Assembly (NCBI GenBank): GCA_964016885.1
Contig: OZ024757.1
Span: 39,928,001-39,992,000 of the forward strand
Reading direction: 5' to 3'
Origin: Eledone cirrhosa
Taxonomy: Eukaryota
DNA length: 64,000 bases
Shown: piece after piece, positions 45,636-59,721 of the stretch
Position numbering within the stretch: the first letter of the stretch is position 1
Layout of the letters: every line of letters starts with the position of its first letter
Program-made: the position numbers and the translations under genes
Notes under the pieces: model-generated
The model's database searches: none
What the model saw: only the letters and a program-made list of their open reading frames with translations
What the model was told of the DNA's origin: nothing

Positions 45636-46108
45636 ATATATATAATATATAATATATATAATATATATATATAATATATATAATATATATATATAATATA
45701 TATATATATAATATATATATATAATATATATATAGATATATAATATAGATATATAATATATAATATATATATAATTGTTTCTACTTTAGGCACAAGGCCA
45801 GCAATCAACCAGTACTTTACTGGTACTTTATTTCATCGACCCTGTAAGGATGAAAGGCAAAGTTAACCTCGGCGGTATTATATAATATATATATAATATA
45901 TATATATATAATATATATAATATATATATAATTGATATAATATATATACATATATATAATATATATATAATATATATAATATATATACTAATATATAATA
46001 TATATAAATATAATATATATATATAATATATATAATATAATATATATATATATAATATATATAATATAATATATATATATATAATATATATAATATATAT
46101 ATATAATA
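43960..46108. repeat. ~2.1 kb almost pure A/T satellite ((TA)n + A units)
   Basis: Nearly no G/C from 44070 to 45770; interrupted by the SINE at 45773. Confidence 0.97.
45773..45876 (-). mobile_element. SINE-1 3' portion inside AT satellite
   Basis: ggcacaaggccagcaat...tactggtactttatttcatcgaccctgtaaggatgaaaggcaaagttaacctcggcgg. Confidence 0.8.
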
Positions 46109-46989
46109 TTTGTTTAAAATTTATTTTCAAATATAATAATATAAACAAGAGGAATATTGTAATAAGTTAATTTAGTGTATAAAAAGTACATTCAATAATA
46201 CTTATTTTGAAGAAAACGAACATCTATTATGTTACCATTGCGTGGAATTTTCATGAAAATTAATGAAAGTGAAAACAAAAAATAATGAGATTAAATTAAA
46301 AATCTTTTAAATATGCTATACATATCAACACCAACAAACACAGAAGTTAAAACAAATAAAACGAATCGCTATGTTATATTTGAAATGTGTTGTGCTCTTT
46401 AAAAGTATATTTCCTGCCAATTAGTCAGAAATACCTAGCAGATATTATGAGTGAATATTATACGTTGGGAGCAATTAGGAACGAACACTGAGAAAATTCC
46501 AGGAAAAGGGGTGATTGCTTAAATTATATATTCATCATCTTAGTTTTAGCTGTTAAGGAAAGATAACTCTGAGAATAATAATTATGATAATAATATATTA
46601 TGTAGTAATACTAATAAAATTATTTAAAGAAAAATGATAATACTATTTATCGCAAAATAATAGTTAATCGCATACACACACGTGCGTGCGTGTGTGTTAT
46701 ACTATATTATTTATTTATGTTCGTATACAGAACAAAGCGCTTATTACCAAATTTTCAAGACTACATTTTGACCATACCTCCAGCAAACTATGGATATTTA
46801 CTACCCCCACCCCCCACACACACATTATATATATTATATATATACATACATAGACACATACACATACATTGTATGTGTACAAGCATTATGTGAGACAGAC
46901 ATATATTTACATTTCTGATAAGACTCTAGGCGAAACAACTATTGCTATAATCTACAATTTATCAGCATTACTATATATATATATACGTA

Positions 46990-47143
46990 TCATCATCATC
47001 ATTTTACGTCCGCTTTTCCCTGCTTGCAAGGGTGGACGGGTCCTATTCAGCACACCATCTCTCCACTCGTCACATTCCTTCGTCATCTCCTCCGGGAGCT
47101 TCAGCGATCCGAGGTCCGCTCTCACCACCTCCACCCATGTCTT
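46990..47143 (-). mobile_element. RTE-clade LINE 3' end with (GAT)n tail
   Basis: Translation EVVRADLGSLKLPEEMTKECDEWRDGVL followed by a short 3' UTR ending gcggacgtaaaatgatgatgatg. Confidence 0.65.
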
Positions 47144-47839
47144 TATAATATATATATATTAATATTATGTCTATACACAGAACAAAAATGCTACCCAAGT
47201 CTTTTAGGCCCAATATTAACCATATATCCAGATTGTAAGAAGGATAACAATTTTGGCTTAAATATCAGCCGCTTAGACGCTGTCGAAAAAAATCCGAGAT
47301 TAACATTTTTTTAAATGAGTAGAAATGTTGTTTAACAATTGGAGGGACTGAATTTCATAAACAGAACATATTCCAATGGAATGCACAGTCACTTGCACAT
47401 AGAATCTCCCAGCAGGCAATTCTGCCGCTTAAACTGGCACTCTTGTCATATACTAGTCGACGTTTTTCCAATACAAATATTCTGGGTATGTGCAGCAGGG
47501 GAACATAATTAGGTAATACTCTACGATGAATTTTAAACGACTGGAAATTTAGACTTTACAATGAAATGTTTCCAAGGAAAGTATTAGAGTGAGATTAATG
47601 TTCTGCGCTTAAAACTGAAGATTTCGTATATGGATGAGAAAGCTAAGACATTATGGGATGTATGCGGTGAAAAATCATGACACACATATATGAAATATTT
47701 ATTTTGTTAATTCTACATAGAAAGTAAAATAGAAATAAAATAATAAAAAAAATCAATACGTAAAATGAAAAAAATGCAAATGAACAAATACACACTCACA
47801 GACACACACTCAGTCATATATATATACGTGTGTGTGTAA

Positions 47840-47871
<32 letters not shown>

Positions 47872-48789
47872 GCGTATGTGTGTTTATATATATATATATA
47901 TATTATATATATGTATATAAATATATGTAGACGTATATATATATGAAACAAATAAAAGAGTATATATATGTGTGTGTGTATATATATATATACACCCACG
48001 TACACAAATACACACTTATAAAACCCTCAATCAATAAATAATACAAGAAATTTCAATTAACCGTTAATCAAGTAAACTGTCCAAGTGACAACCATTATTA
48101 TTGTTGTGAAAATGATGGCGGACTTCTCAACGGAAACATATTTCACGTGACATAGTTCAATGTAGATTAACTGATAGGCGTCGTGAATTGATGATGTGTT
48201 CGGTAAATACAAACAAACAAACTAACAAGACAAACAAAGAAACATGACAAAGTAAATAAAAAGTGAATAGTTAGACATTTCAATTGATATATTGTTGTTT
48301 TGTTATTTTTTCTCTCGTCGGTTTCGTGTTCTTTGTTTATTGTCGTGTTTGCTTGTTTTTCTTTACTATATCCCTCAAGTTTGAGATAATAAAGACGAAG
48401 TCAGGGGTTTATCTTTTTAAATAAATGACTAAATATATTTAATATTATCTAGGTTATCAGTATCGGCTATTGGAATTTATTGTTAAATTTTATAGATATA
48501 AAGTATTACTTTTACCACCCCTTCACCTCTCAATCTTTCTCTCTCCCTATATATATATATATATGTGTATGTGTATGTGTGTGTATGTGTGTGTGTGTGT
48601 GTGTGCAAATTCGTGAACCTATTATAACTGTGTAAAAATGGCCACCTGAGTTTTGTTTGTTCATTTTAACTATATGTGTATGTATGTATATATATACACA
48701 CACACATACATATACACACATATATACACATACATATACACATATATACACATATATATACACATACATATATATACACACATATATAT

Positions 48790-48828
<39 letters not shown>

Positions 48829-48844
48829 TATATATATTCTGCTT

Positions 48845-48892
48845 GGTGATGATTTCTCCCGAATGAAACAGTTCTAGACCTGTAGAAACCAT
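48845..48892 (+). mobile_element. Family B fragment
   Basis: gatgatttctcccgaatgaaacagttctagacctgtagaaacc between TA tracts. Another copy is at 59634-59688. Confidence 0.65.
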
Positions 48893-49059
48893 TTATATAT
48901 ATATATATATATATGTATATATTTGCTCTATGGTTCTTATATATTTGATATATATTTATCACTATCGAGCCCTCTTTGGATTTTAATCTTCACATTTATT
49001 ATTATTACTATATATACATATTATTACTATATATACATATATACATATTATTACTATAT

Positions 49060-49095
<36 letters not shown>

Positions 49096-49788
49096 GTTTG
49101 CATGTATGTATTCTAAGCATCTATGTTAACAATAATAGCTTAGTTCTTTCTATTGTATCTACGGGCCAGGCAATCGTACTAAACCGGATGACGGATTCAA
49201 TATAGGAATTACGTAAGCTAGAGTGGGATTTGAACTCAGAACGTAAAGGGACGAAATTCTTCAGCAACGAATTATTTTTAAAATAACGCAATTTTAAACA
49301 ACGGAGAAATGAAATATATAAAAATGGAAGAGACGGGGCGGGGTAGTAGTTGAGTGGAAGAAGAGGGAGAGAGAGAGAGAGAGAGACAGAGAGAGTGTTT
49401 GAGGCAGAGGGAGAGAAAGAGAGCTAGTAATTGAGAGAGACAGAGTTAGAGAGTGAGAGTAAGAGGATGTGTATGGCAGAGAGGGAGTGTGAGAGAGGGT
49501 GTGTCTAAGACGGAGAGAGGGTGTGTCTGAGACGGGGAGGAGAGAGAGAGTGTGTGAGGCAGAGAGCAGAGAGAGACAGAGAGAGCGAGAGAGGAGCGAG
49601 AGAGGAGGGAGAAAGGCGGGAGAAAGGCGGGAGAGAGGAGGGAGAGAGGAGGGAGAGAGGAGGGAGACAGAGAGAAAGAAAGAAAGCCAGGCAGAGAGAG
49701 AGAAGGAAAGACAGAATTTAAATATATTTATTCACTATTACAGTGTGTTTGACTGTGGGCATGTCATGTGGTGTGTGTGTCAGTAGAG

Positions 49789-49840
<52 letters not shown>

Positions 49841-50699
49841 CGCGTGTGTGAGTGTGTGATGTGGCGTGTGTCTCAGTAGAGAGGTGTGTATGTGTGTGTG
49901 TGTCAGTAGAGAAGCGAGTGTGTTTGAGTGGCGTGGAGTGTGTGTCAGTATTGAGGCGAGTGTGCGAGTGTGTGTGTGTGTGTGTGTGTAGCGTGGTGTG
50001 TGTGTGTGTGTGAGTGGAGTGCTGTGTATGATGTAGCTGTATCTGCTATGGTGTGTGTGTGTGTTTGTGGTATAGTGTGACGTATGTGTATGTTTCTGTC
50101 TTCTATGTCTTCGCTAATTAAACAGTTTATCAGAGATAGCGTGTTTGTGTGTAGACAGATACAATTATTTCGTGTTAGTTTTTCTATAAGCGAGAGAATA
50201 TAGTCCTAAAATATACCACATACTGTGTTCTGCATTGATTTCCCGCTCGCTTTATATGCTCTACAGTTCTCATTTATTTATTTACCATTTATTTACACAT
50301 TCATTGTACGACATCTGTCGAGGATGTGATTAACGAGGGAAGACATAATTTATTTCAGGTCCATATTAATCAATGTTGAAAAATATGTCAGTTTACACCG
50401 TATGAAGTTACGAGTAAACGTCAAAATAATTTAAATAAAATAAATAAAAAAAAACATATATATATATATATATCGATTTTTAAAACAAACACACTGTCAG
50501 TATTTTGTAATTTACAGTGTATGGTCGATTGAGTAAGTTTCGCATATTACCATAAAAACTTCGAACCAACGAATGGCACCGCAATCTAGAGTCTGAAGTC
50601 CCTCTCTCTCCCTCTTTCTCTCTCTCTGCGCGTGCGTGCGTGCGTGCGTGTGTGTATGTATGTATACATGTATGCATGTATGTATGTATGTATGTATTT

Positions 50700-50975
50700 C
50701 AGGTCACCAGTTGGTGCTACTGGTAACATGTATCCCAGTACAACCTGTCACATGGTCGGGTCGTTGGCGACTAAACTGGCAACCCCACCAAGGTTTCTTG
50801 GTGGGGAGGGTGACTTTGGACATCCTGCAGGACTAAAAACAAAACCTGTCAAAGGGCAAAGGAGCTCTTAAGAGTCAATGGCCATCCAAAACCACCGGAA
50901 GAGATGACCCTTAGCCTTTGTCAAGGCAGAATTCTAGGAGAAGGAAAACTCTGATATAACACCTGCAACTCTGAT
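50700..50975 (+). mobile_element. Probable RTE-type LINE 5' UTR
   Basis: GC-richer, structured block with ctaggagaaggaaaactctga, which I recall from RTE 5' regions. Homologous minus-strand copies lie at 17340-17880. Flanked by (TATG)n. Confidence 0.5.
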
Positions 50976-51928
50976 GGTATCCAATGATGTTGACTTGTTC
51001 TTTTTTGGTAATATCATCTTGGTTAAGAGAGTGGGACTGGCTTTGTGCAGTGCCTTTGCTCACTATAAAAGCTTCACGGCACAGGCATTGCTTTATATCT
51101 GGAGATCTCTCTGCACTTGTCGTCACATGGTACCATGGACCCAGCACTATGTGTCAATAATTGTCACAAGTGTAGTGTTTGTACCAGAGTTTTCAAGTCG
51201 CTGGCTGGACTAAAAAGTCACACTCGTTCAGCGCATCGGTAGGGGTTCTGCTACATGGATATAAAGTAGTGGCCGTACTCGAAAACGAGTTGGCAGCCAC
51301 CATGTATGTATGTATGTATGTATGTATGTATGTATGTATGTATGTATGTATGTATGTATGTATGTTCTTCTGGTTTTATAATTTCACAAAGTTTTACCAA
51401 TAGAGAGAGAGTCGGTTTTCTAACATAGACACAAGACTCTCTCGTTGGAATTTACACAATATCAACTAGGTAGATATGTATGTATGCATGTTATTGTATG
51501 TGTGGGTGTGTATGTTTTGAGTTGTATGTGTGCTTGTGTATATGCTTTTGTATCTGTACATGTGTATATGCAGTTATTAGATGCAAAATATTTGGAATGT
51601 TTTACATATTTTTTACTGTTCCATTAATGGATTGTACTTGTAATTTCCTAACTAGTTGTGTTCTTTCTGTTCCTGTGAAGCCTAGCTTCTCAAGATTTGT
51701 ATTGAAGCAGTTACTAACAATATCCCAGTGCCCCAATAATCACAGGCATAAATCTGAAGGTGTAATCAGGGTGGAGTATCTGCAGATTTCTCATCAGTTC
51801 CGCATAAATATGTATGTATGTATATATATATCCTTCATAGATAGGTAGGTAGATAGATAGATAGATAGAGAGATAAAGAGAGATAGAGAGCTACTTAAAT
51901 AGGGAGACACTCAAATAGAGATATAGAG

Positions 51929-52166
<238 letters not shown>

Positions 52167-52823
52167 TACATATTCAAATCCAGTTTATATTTGTCTAAGC
52201 ACGGCCCATGAAACCGACAATAGATCTAAGATACTCGGTGCCATATAGGACTTTATAGCGATGGCTGGGACGACATTTTTCATACGTTATTTTCTTCAAA
52301 TAGGAAAATGACTTGGATCTAGATTTAAACAACTACACCAATTCAGCAATAGTACCGACAATTGCTAACGGATGGAATGAAATTATGAAATCGATAGGTA
52401 TAACAGCCCTAATTGATTGATTAAGGACACAATCAGAACGTAAAAATACATTTATTTACGCTGTTTCCACTCGTAAACTTCTAGTCGCTACTCCTTCGTC
52501 TATCTTCTACCTAAAGCACTTATAGTATTGAATGTCTACCAACTTAATGAATACAAATTTGTACAAACATAGCATGGATGTTAGAGAATTAGTAAGGATA
52601 GCAATGAAATGTGTCTACAGACAATAGAGAGCTCTTCATGAAATACGAGACTAAGGATGATATTTTGAAATATTATATTTAATTAAATCTTTTCCGGAAA
52701 TAGATGAAGATAGTTCTTAATGATTTAAATATTTATTTTTTAAAGTGGCCGATCGTTGATACACATATCAATTGTAAGACTAATTACTAATGGAACTTAT
52801 ATCTAGATTTGTAAAATAAATAA

Positions 52824-52908
<85 letters not shown>

Positions 52909-52916
52909 TATATATG

Positions 52917-52947
<31 letters not shown>

Positions 52948-53134
52948 GTACATATATATATATACACACATATATGTATATATATATATGCACACATATA
53001 GAGAGATACGCACACACAGATATGAAAATATATATATAATCTCCATATATATATATATACATATATGCACACATATATAGGCATATATATATACATACAC
53101 ATACGCACACATATAAACTTGTATAATCTACACA

Positions 53135-53185
<51 letters not shown>

Positions 53186-53236
53186 CGTATATAATCTTCA
53201 CACACATATATTTATATAAACCTGTATAATCTACAC

Positions 53237-53267
<31 letters not shown>

Positions 53268-54004
53268 TATATATATACACATATATATGCACACATATAT
53301 ACACATACATACACAAACACACCCACACAAACAAACACATATATATACACATATACATATGTAAACACTTATATAATCTAAACTCACAGACGTACCTATA
53401 TATACGTGTTTGAGAGTGTGTGTACATACATACACACACATATGTACACACATATGTACACACACGTGTGTTCGTCTATGTTGTCTGGCAATACATTTCC
53501 GGTGAAACAAGTACATTATCTATTAAATATCAAGTTTGAAGTATCTAATGCAATGGATGCCTTGAAGAGATCGAACGATAGTCCTAGCATCGAGTCTTAC
53601 CAATCGTTACATTTTTTTACGTCTAATTTAATTTGTCGAAAACAAATCGTTAGATTTTAATTCCATTTATTCAATTTCGTCTGAAACAGGAGAAAATATA
53701 TTTACACACACACACACACACACACAATCATATCTCTCTCTCCTTTCTCTCTATACATACATACATATACACACATACAAATATACATATCTATATATTT
53801 ACACAAACACACACACATATATATATATATATATTATATATATATATACACACACATATATATATCTATATACACACACATATATATATATATATATCTA
53901 TACACAGACACACATACATACATATCTATACACACACATGCATATATATATATATATCTATAGATACACACACACTATATATGTGTGTGTATGTATAGAT
54001 ATAT

Positions 54005-54196
54005 AGGAACGAGTAGGACCCCGACAGCTGAGCTCAAGCCGTTTCGACGGCTAATTCTGTCCAGAAATAACTATCGAAACGGCTTGAGCTCTGCCGTTGG
54101 GGTCCTGACTTTTCCTATTACTCACCATGCTACCCATAGTATCGAGTACTTTGGTGCGTTATGGTCCACCTGGTGCCTTAGCACACTTCCTTCGTT
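54005..54196 (+). mobile_element. Family A hairpin+tail element
   Basis: Hairpin aggaccccgac...gttggggtcct with loop attctgtccagaaa; same tail. Confidence 0.8.
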
Positions 54197-55600
54197 ATAT
54201 ATATATTCCATGGTCATTAGTGACCGAAGGAGGCCTTAAAATGTGATTAAACAAATATTTTTATATTATATATACATAAATATATAATTACACACGTTCG
54301 TATATATATGTATGTATGTATGTATGTGTACTTGTGTACGTCTCTAAAGACTTATGTGTGCTTTTGAATGAGACTTTCTCAGTGTGTGTTTGTATATATT
54401 CTTGAATATGTTTCTCTGTTTCCTTGGCAATAGGTCTTCCCCTGTTTGTAAGTGCATGTGTGTGCATGTGTCTGCGTGTGTAATTGAGTGCGTGTGCGTG
54501 CGTGCGTGCGCGTGTGTGTATGTGTATGTGTATATGTGCGTATGTGTGTGTGTATGAGTATGTGTGTGTATTCTCTCTCTATATATATACATATGTATAT
54601 GTTCATATGAGAGTGTTGGTGTTGGCCTACGTCTGCAAGTTTGCTGTAGGTCATACACTATTCATGGTTGAGTACTTCAGTATTGTTGAAAAATTATTTC
54701 GGACCAATTCCTCTTGAAGAATCTTAGTCAACAGAGTGGCAAATTTTGAGCAAACAACTGAATAGCAAAGCCAAACATTACACACAGTTCATTGGGCGAT
54801 CATTATTACGAGAATCGATTAATTAGTAATTAATTTCTGTCAAGAGCTACTCAAGACAGCATTAACAAACTTTGACTCCACTTCTATGGTCAGCATTTCA
54901 AGTTAGAGAGAAAGAGAGGGAGGGAGGGAGAGAGAGCGACGGCGAGACAGAGGGAGAGAGAAGGTTAGAATTAGAGAAAGAGAGAGTGAGAGAGAGCATG
55001 TGAGCTAGAGACAGAGAAAGAGAAAAAGAAGGAAAGCGACAGAGAGAAGGAGAAAAAGGAAAGCGAGAGAGAGAGAGAGAATAATGAAATATATATATAT
55101 AGAGAGAGAGCGAGAGCGAGAGAGAGAGAGTGTGTGTATGTGTATGTGAGAGAGAGGGAGAAAGAGAAGAGGCGGAAGTGTTTCAAGCGTGACAAACACT
55201 TGGCAATGAATAACAATTGTTCTGAAGGTTTGACAACATACGCAGAATATACAATTGATTCAACGTCAAATTTAACTCCGTGTGTGTGTCTGGGTGAGTG
55301 TGTGTGCGTGGGTGTGTGCGTGTCTGTGTGTGTCTGTCTGTCTGTCTGTGTGTGTGTGTGTTGTACCAGCGCAGATGACCATAATAATAGTTAATCATGG
55401 TAATAGCTGGGAAACACCAATAAACTAGTGTTGGGTGGGACAAAAGTGGACAGAGGCTCTTTTTCATTGGAACCCCTACTTTTTAATATTTAAGTGCACC
55501 ACTTACACCACATTTATTTATACACACATATATATATATATATATATAAAATAAAGTTAAATAAATAAGTCAAATGTTTAAAATTTAGCTTCGTTTATTG

Positions 55601-55656
55601 CTGCTATATATATATTTCAGTGACAGCCATCTTTGGCTGTGACCTCTTCAGGCAGT
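55601..55656 (-). ncRNA. Minimal type I hammerhead ribozyme (left arm, opposite polarity)
   Basis: Reverse complement reads actgc-CTGAAGA-ggtcacagcc/aaagat/ggctgtcact-GAAA-tatatata-TA-gcagc. Confidence 0.78.
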
Positions 55657-55914
55657 TCGAATTAGTGTGGTATAGATAAGTACATATGTTGTTGAGGTGT
55701 ATAATTTTGTCAATACTCTGATATGCCCAGTTCCTGGTTGGGTTGTTATTTCACTGAGGAACTGGAATCATATGAATTCGAACAAACGAATTTCAGTGTC
55801 AAAGGGCCTCTTCTCCTTTCATTGGTCAGTTGTTAGAACATTCCTCATTCAAAAGTCTATAGAAAATTATACACCTCAACAGCATATGCACTTGTCTATA
55901 CCACACTAATTCGG

Positions 55915-55969
55915 ACTGCCTGAAGAGATCACAGTCAAAGATGGCTGTCACCGAAATATATATAGCAGT
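55915..55969 (+). ncRNA. Minimal type I hammerhead ribozyme (right arm of fold-back element)
   Basis: actgc-CTGAAGA-gatcacagtc/aaagat/ggctgtcacc-GAAA-tatata-TA-gcagt. Perfect 5-bp stem I, stem II acagtc/ggctgt, palindromic TA stem III, AUA cleavage triplet. Confidence 0.8.
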
Positions 55970-56117
55970 AATAAACGAAGCTAAATTTAAAACATTTGAC
56001 TTATTTATTTTACTTTATTTTACATTACTCCAGAGTAACCAAACCAACCTGCGCACTTCGTCGAGTGCTGCAGCCTACATACTGAGGTGTTGGTATACAA
56101 CCAACATATACTCAAAA

Positions 56118-56208
<91 letters not shown>

Positions 56209-56359
56209 TTCCACAACAGTTAGTTCGCCACCATACTGAGAAGAAATGTTTCACCGTATTCCGATCCTCAGCTCGGTCTAAACCCGTCCCCATGGACTGA
56301 GTCCTCTACTACAACGGATATAACCGTCCAGTGTTCTACTATTATATATATATATATAG

Positions 56360-56552
56360 CAGGATGGATTCAGTTTGAAACAACATAGACCATTACTCAA
56401 CAGAGAACTCGATACTTGGGGTAGTAGAGTATCGTTATATTATAAAGATTAGGAACTCAACGGCTAACCTCTATCCGTTTCTACATCTAGACTCCTGAGT
56501 CTGGAACAAACTGGTGAAACGGCAAGAGCTCAGTCATCGTATCTCGACTCTT
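56360..56552 (-). mobile_element. Diverged family A element
   Basis: agaccattactcaacagagaactcgatacttggggtagtagagt is the reverse complement of the family A tail. Residual arms ccgtttc / gaaacggcaagagctc. Confidence 0.55.
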
Positions 56553-56564
56553 TTTAACACACAC

Positions 56565-56611
<47 letters not shown>

Positions 56612-57737
56612 TATATGTATATATATATAGAGAGTGGGGGTACTTTATATAGTTTCTCCGTTTCTCAAGTTTAATGTTCATATTTCGTGATTAAAACTTA
56701 CCCTGTCCTATTCCTACAGCCTGAAAGCAGTGAAATAATCCATCAATATATATAACTATTTCAGAAATCTGATAAATCCAGGTTCAATTATTCGACCTAT
56801 TATATATATCAGTGGTTATCTAGATTGATTTTAGTTTAATATCCCAACTCCCTTAGTGAAGCCCGCTATTTTAAGACCACTCTGCCGTGCTTGTCATACA
56901 AATGACTTCGCTTTCAAAAATTACCTCTCAATCCAGAGAGTAGATAAGCTGTAATTTGAAAACTACTTAGTTCCTGCAGGCTGACCCATGCCAAATCTAG
57001 AATATGTAGAATATGTAAAAAGCGTTTAGTTAAATACCACAGCCATTAGAATATGTAGAATATGTAAAAAGGGTTTAGCTCAATACCACAACCACAACAA
57101 CAACGTAATACGTATGACACCCTATCGTTGTTTTTTTTCGGTTTTTTCTAAAGTTAATCATTTCGATCTTTCGCTTAAGCAAATGATCTATATTCTAGAT
57201 AGGAAAATGCAGGATTATATAGAGTATGGGTAAAGAGCCGGTACTGATGTCATAGATAACGAAAGGGCGAGGAATAAAGTATGTACGACAAGGTCGTCTC
57301 CAGAGAGATGTGAACTGGAAGAGGAAGAATATAGAGCTACGTGTTGCAAACTATTTTGCCTTATGAAACCACGATTCTATTGATTGTCTTCGTGTATTTA
57401 TGTAATGATATATTCGACCAAATAAATTGGTATAAGGGAAACTTTGGTATCTCTCTCCCAAGACTTATGTAATGATATGTTTGACCATTTGACCAAATAA
57501 ATTGATATAAATGAAACCTCCATATCCCTCTCTTATGACAAAATGTCAGTCATAACTAGAAAGACTGAGATGAGCTGATTATAGCCTGTATTAAACTGAG
57601 CTTCAATTTGAAACTGTTATTAAAGATCTGGTCAATTGTAATAGAACGAACGTTGATACTGTTGCTGTTTGTGTTGTTGTTACTGTTGTTGTTAATACAC
57701 TTGTTGTTGTTGTTAATGCGTTTCATTATTATTTCTG

Positions 57738-58238
57738 GGAGGTGGATTGGCAGTATCGGTAGAGGGTCAGACGCCATGCTTTGTTGCATAGAGTTACGGC
57801 CTTTTATGATCCGATTTCAAATCCCGCCGAGGTTAACTTTGCCTTTCAACCTTACGGGGTCGATAAAATAAAGTACCAGTCACGAACTGGGATCGATTTA
57901 ATCGACTTACCCCTCCCCCCAAATTGCTGGCCTTGTGCCTATATAAGAAATTATTATATTTTGGCGGTGGATTGGCAGTATCGTGAGAGTGTCGGACGAC
58001 ATGCTTTGCAGCACAGAGTTACGGCCCTTTATGGTCTGAGTTTAAATCATGCCGTGGTTAATTTTACCTTTCATCCTTACGGGGTCGATAAAATAAAATA
58101 CCAGTAATGGACTGGTATAATTGCTGGCCTTGTGCCAAAAGTAGAAACAATTATTATTTTTGGGGTCGATAAAATAAAGTAGCAGTAATGCACTGGGATA
58201 ATTGCTGGCATGGTTCCGAAAGTAGAAGCAATTATTAT
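57738..58238 (+). mobile_element. SINE-1 tandem array (long 57738-57959, short 57962-58158, 3' partial 58161-58238)
   Basis: Three head-to-tail copies of the same consensus. Confidence 0.85.
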
Positions 58239-59314
58239 TTTTTGTAATATCAAGACAACATGCTCCTCCCTAAATATAACAATATACGTTTCAACACATG
58301 ATTTCTTATCAGAAATCTTGCAAAACAAATACATCGCCAAATTAGAAACACTGTAAGCTACTACGGCGCCCCTACCATTCCATCAAGAGTTACGGGTCCA
58401 TATATACATTCAAATACTCACAAAGCGCCAACATTGGTGCTCTATATATTTTAACAACCATTATCCTTTGAGAGGAAGAATTATATAATGGTTAAACTAT
58501 TCTACTCTTCTGGCAAGATAACCATCTTTTTTTGTGTGATATATTGATATTATGAACAGGAAAAAAATTAAATATAAAATCGATATTTTCCGATTTATCA
58601 GTTATCTCATACTACCTTCCCGTACAGTTTAGGCGTAAATGATTTGGAGTAAAAAAGAAAATTTGATTCAGGATTTTTGAATTAAATTACAAATATTTGA
58701 CCTCTTGTAAAGTTAAAATGCAAATTTACGAATTACTTTAAAATCGATACGTGTATTGATTTTGTTTATGTTGCTTTCTATGAGGTTTGAAGCGATGTAA
58801 ATAGATATGCAAAATATCAGAATCGTTTGAAGAATTTCATACATATTTTAACGAAGTGCTGTAATTAAAAGAGTAAAAAAGATAAAGCCAATATTATCGA
58901 CTTTTATCAATAACAATCCCTTATAAGATTGCCAGCCGTATAATATAATATTAATATAAATATAAATATTAATACGTCATTTCATTATTTCATGCAAGAA
59001 AATTAAGAGGCATTTACTAGAGTTTAAGTGTATTGGAACTACTGTACACGTTCAGATAATTTTTAAGGCAAATATATTTATTTAGGAAATTATAAAATAG
59101 ATTTATAGTGTAGCAAAACTAAATCTGTTGATTTGTTTTTTATTAAATCCATATATTAACATTTTCTAATTGATTTCGTATCAAAGAAATTTAAATTTAT
59201 TAATAATTAAAAGTACACAAGCCCAGATTTCAGTGAATTTATGAGTAATAAATACGACACAATGTTATATAAGCAAAGGCGTTGCTGGGACTAATTCTTT
59301 TAATAAGTGCTGTA

Positions 59315-59510
59315 GATTTACGGGCAAAACCAACCAGCAGGAGACACCGAGCAAAGATGGATGAATAACATCCATGAGCTCAACGGCTGACGCTTGGGGA
59401 CCCCAGCTGGATCAGTTGCATTTGACAAGATCTTCTGTAAGGAGAGTTTCAGGACTTGGTTCCTACGTCCATCTCAAGAATAAGGGGTTGAATGAGAAGA
59501 CGAAGAAGAA
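59315..59510 (+). mobile_element. RTE-clade LINE 3' end remnant
   Basis: Frameshifted translation includes QRWMNNIH and ..DQ..FDKI, like the RTE terminal motif RW.D..H.D......PDQA.DR..W. Ends in a (GAA)-like tail. Confidence 0.45.
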
Positions 59511-59525
59511 TCTTAACATTCCCAA

Positions 59526-59575
<50 letters not shown>

Positions 59576-59683
59576 TCCGAAATGTTAAGACTTTTCTTGT
59601 CATTGAAGCGTTAAACTAATATATTTCTACAATGGGCTTTCCAGATGATTTCCTCCGAATGAAACAGTTCTAGTACTGTAGAA

Positions 59684-59717
<34 letters not shown>

Positions 59718-59721
<4 letters not shown>

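Larger units (their letters stand above)
55548..56115 (+). mobile_element. Fold-back element with HHR in both arms (family C; Penelope-like pseudo-LTR/retrozyme-type)
   Basis: Inverted arms 55548-55708 and 55863-56021 (10 substitutions and one 2-nt indel by manual alignment), 154-bp loop, 3' tail with TCGAGTGC at 56061, flanked by (TA)n on both sides. Confidence 0.75.
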
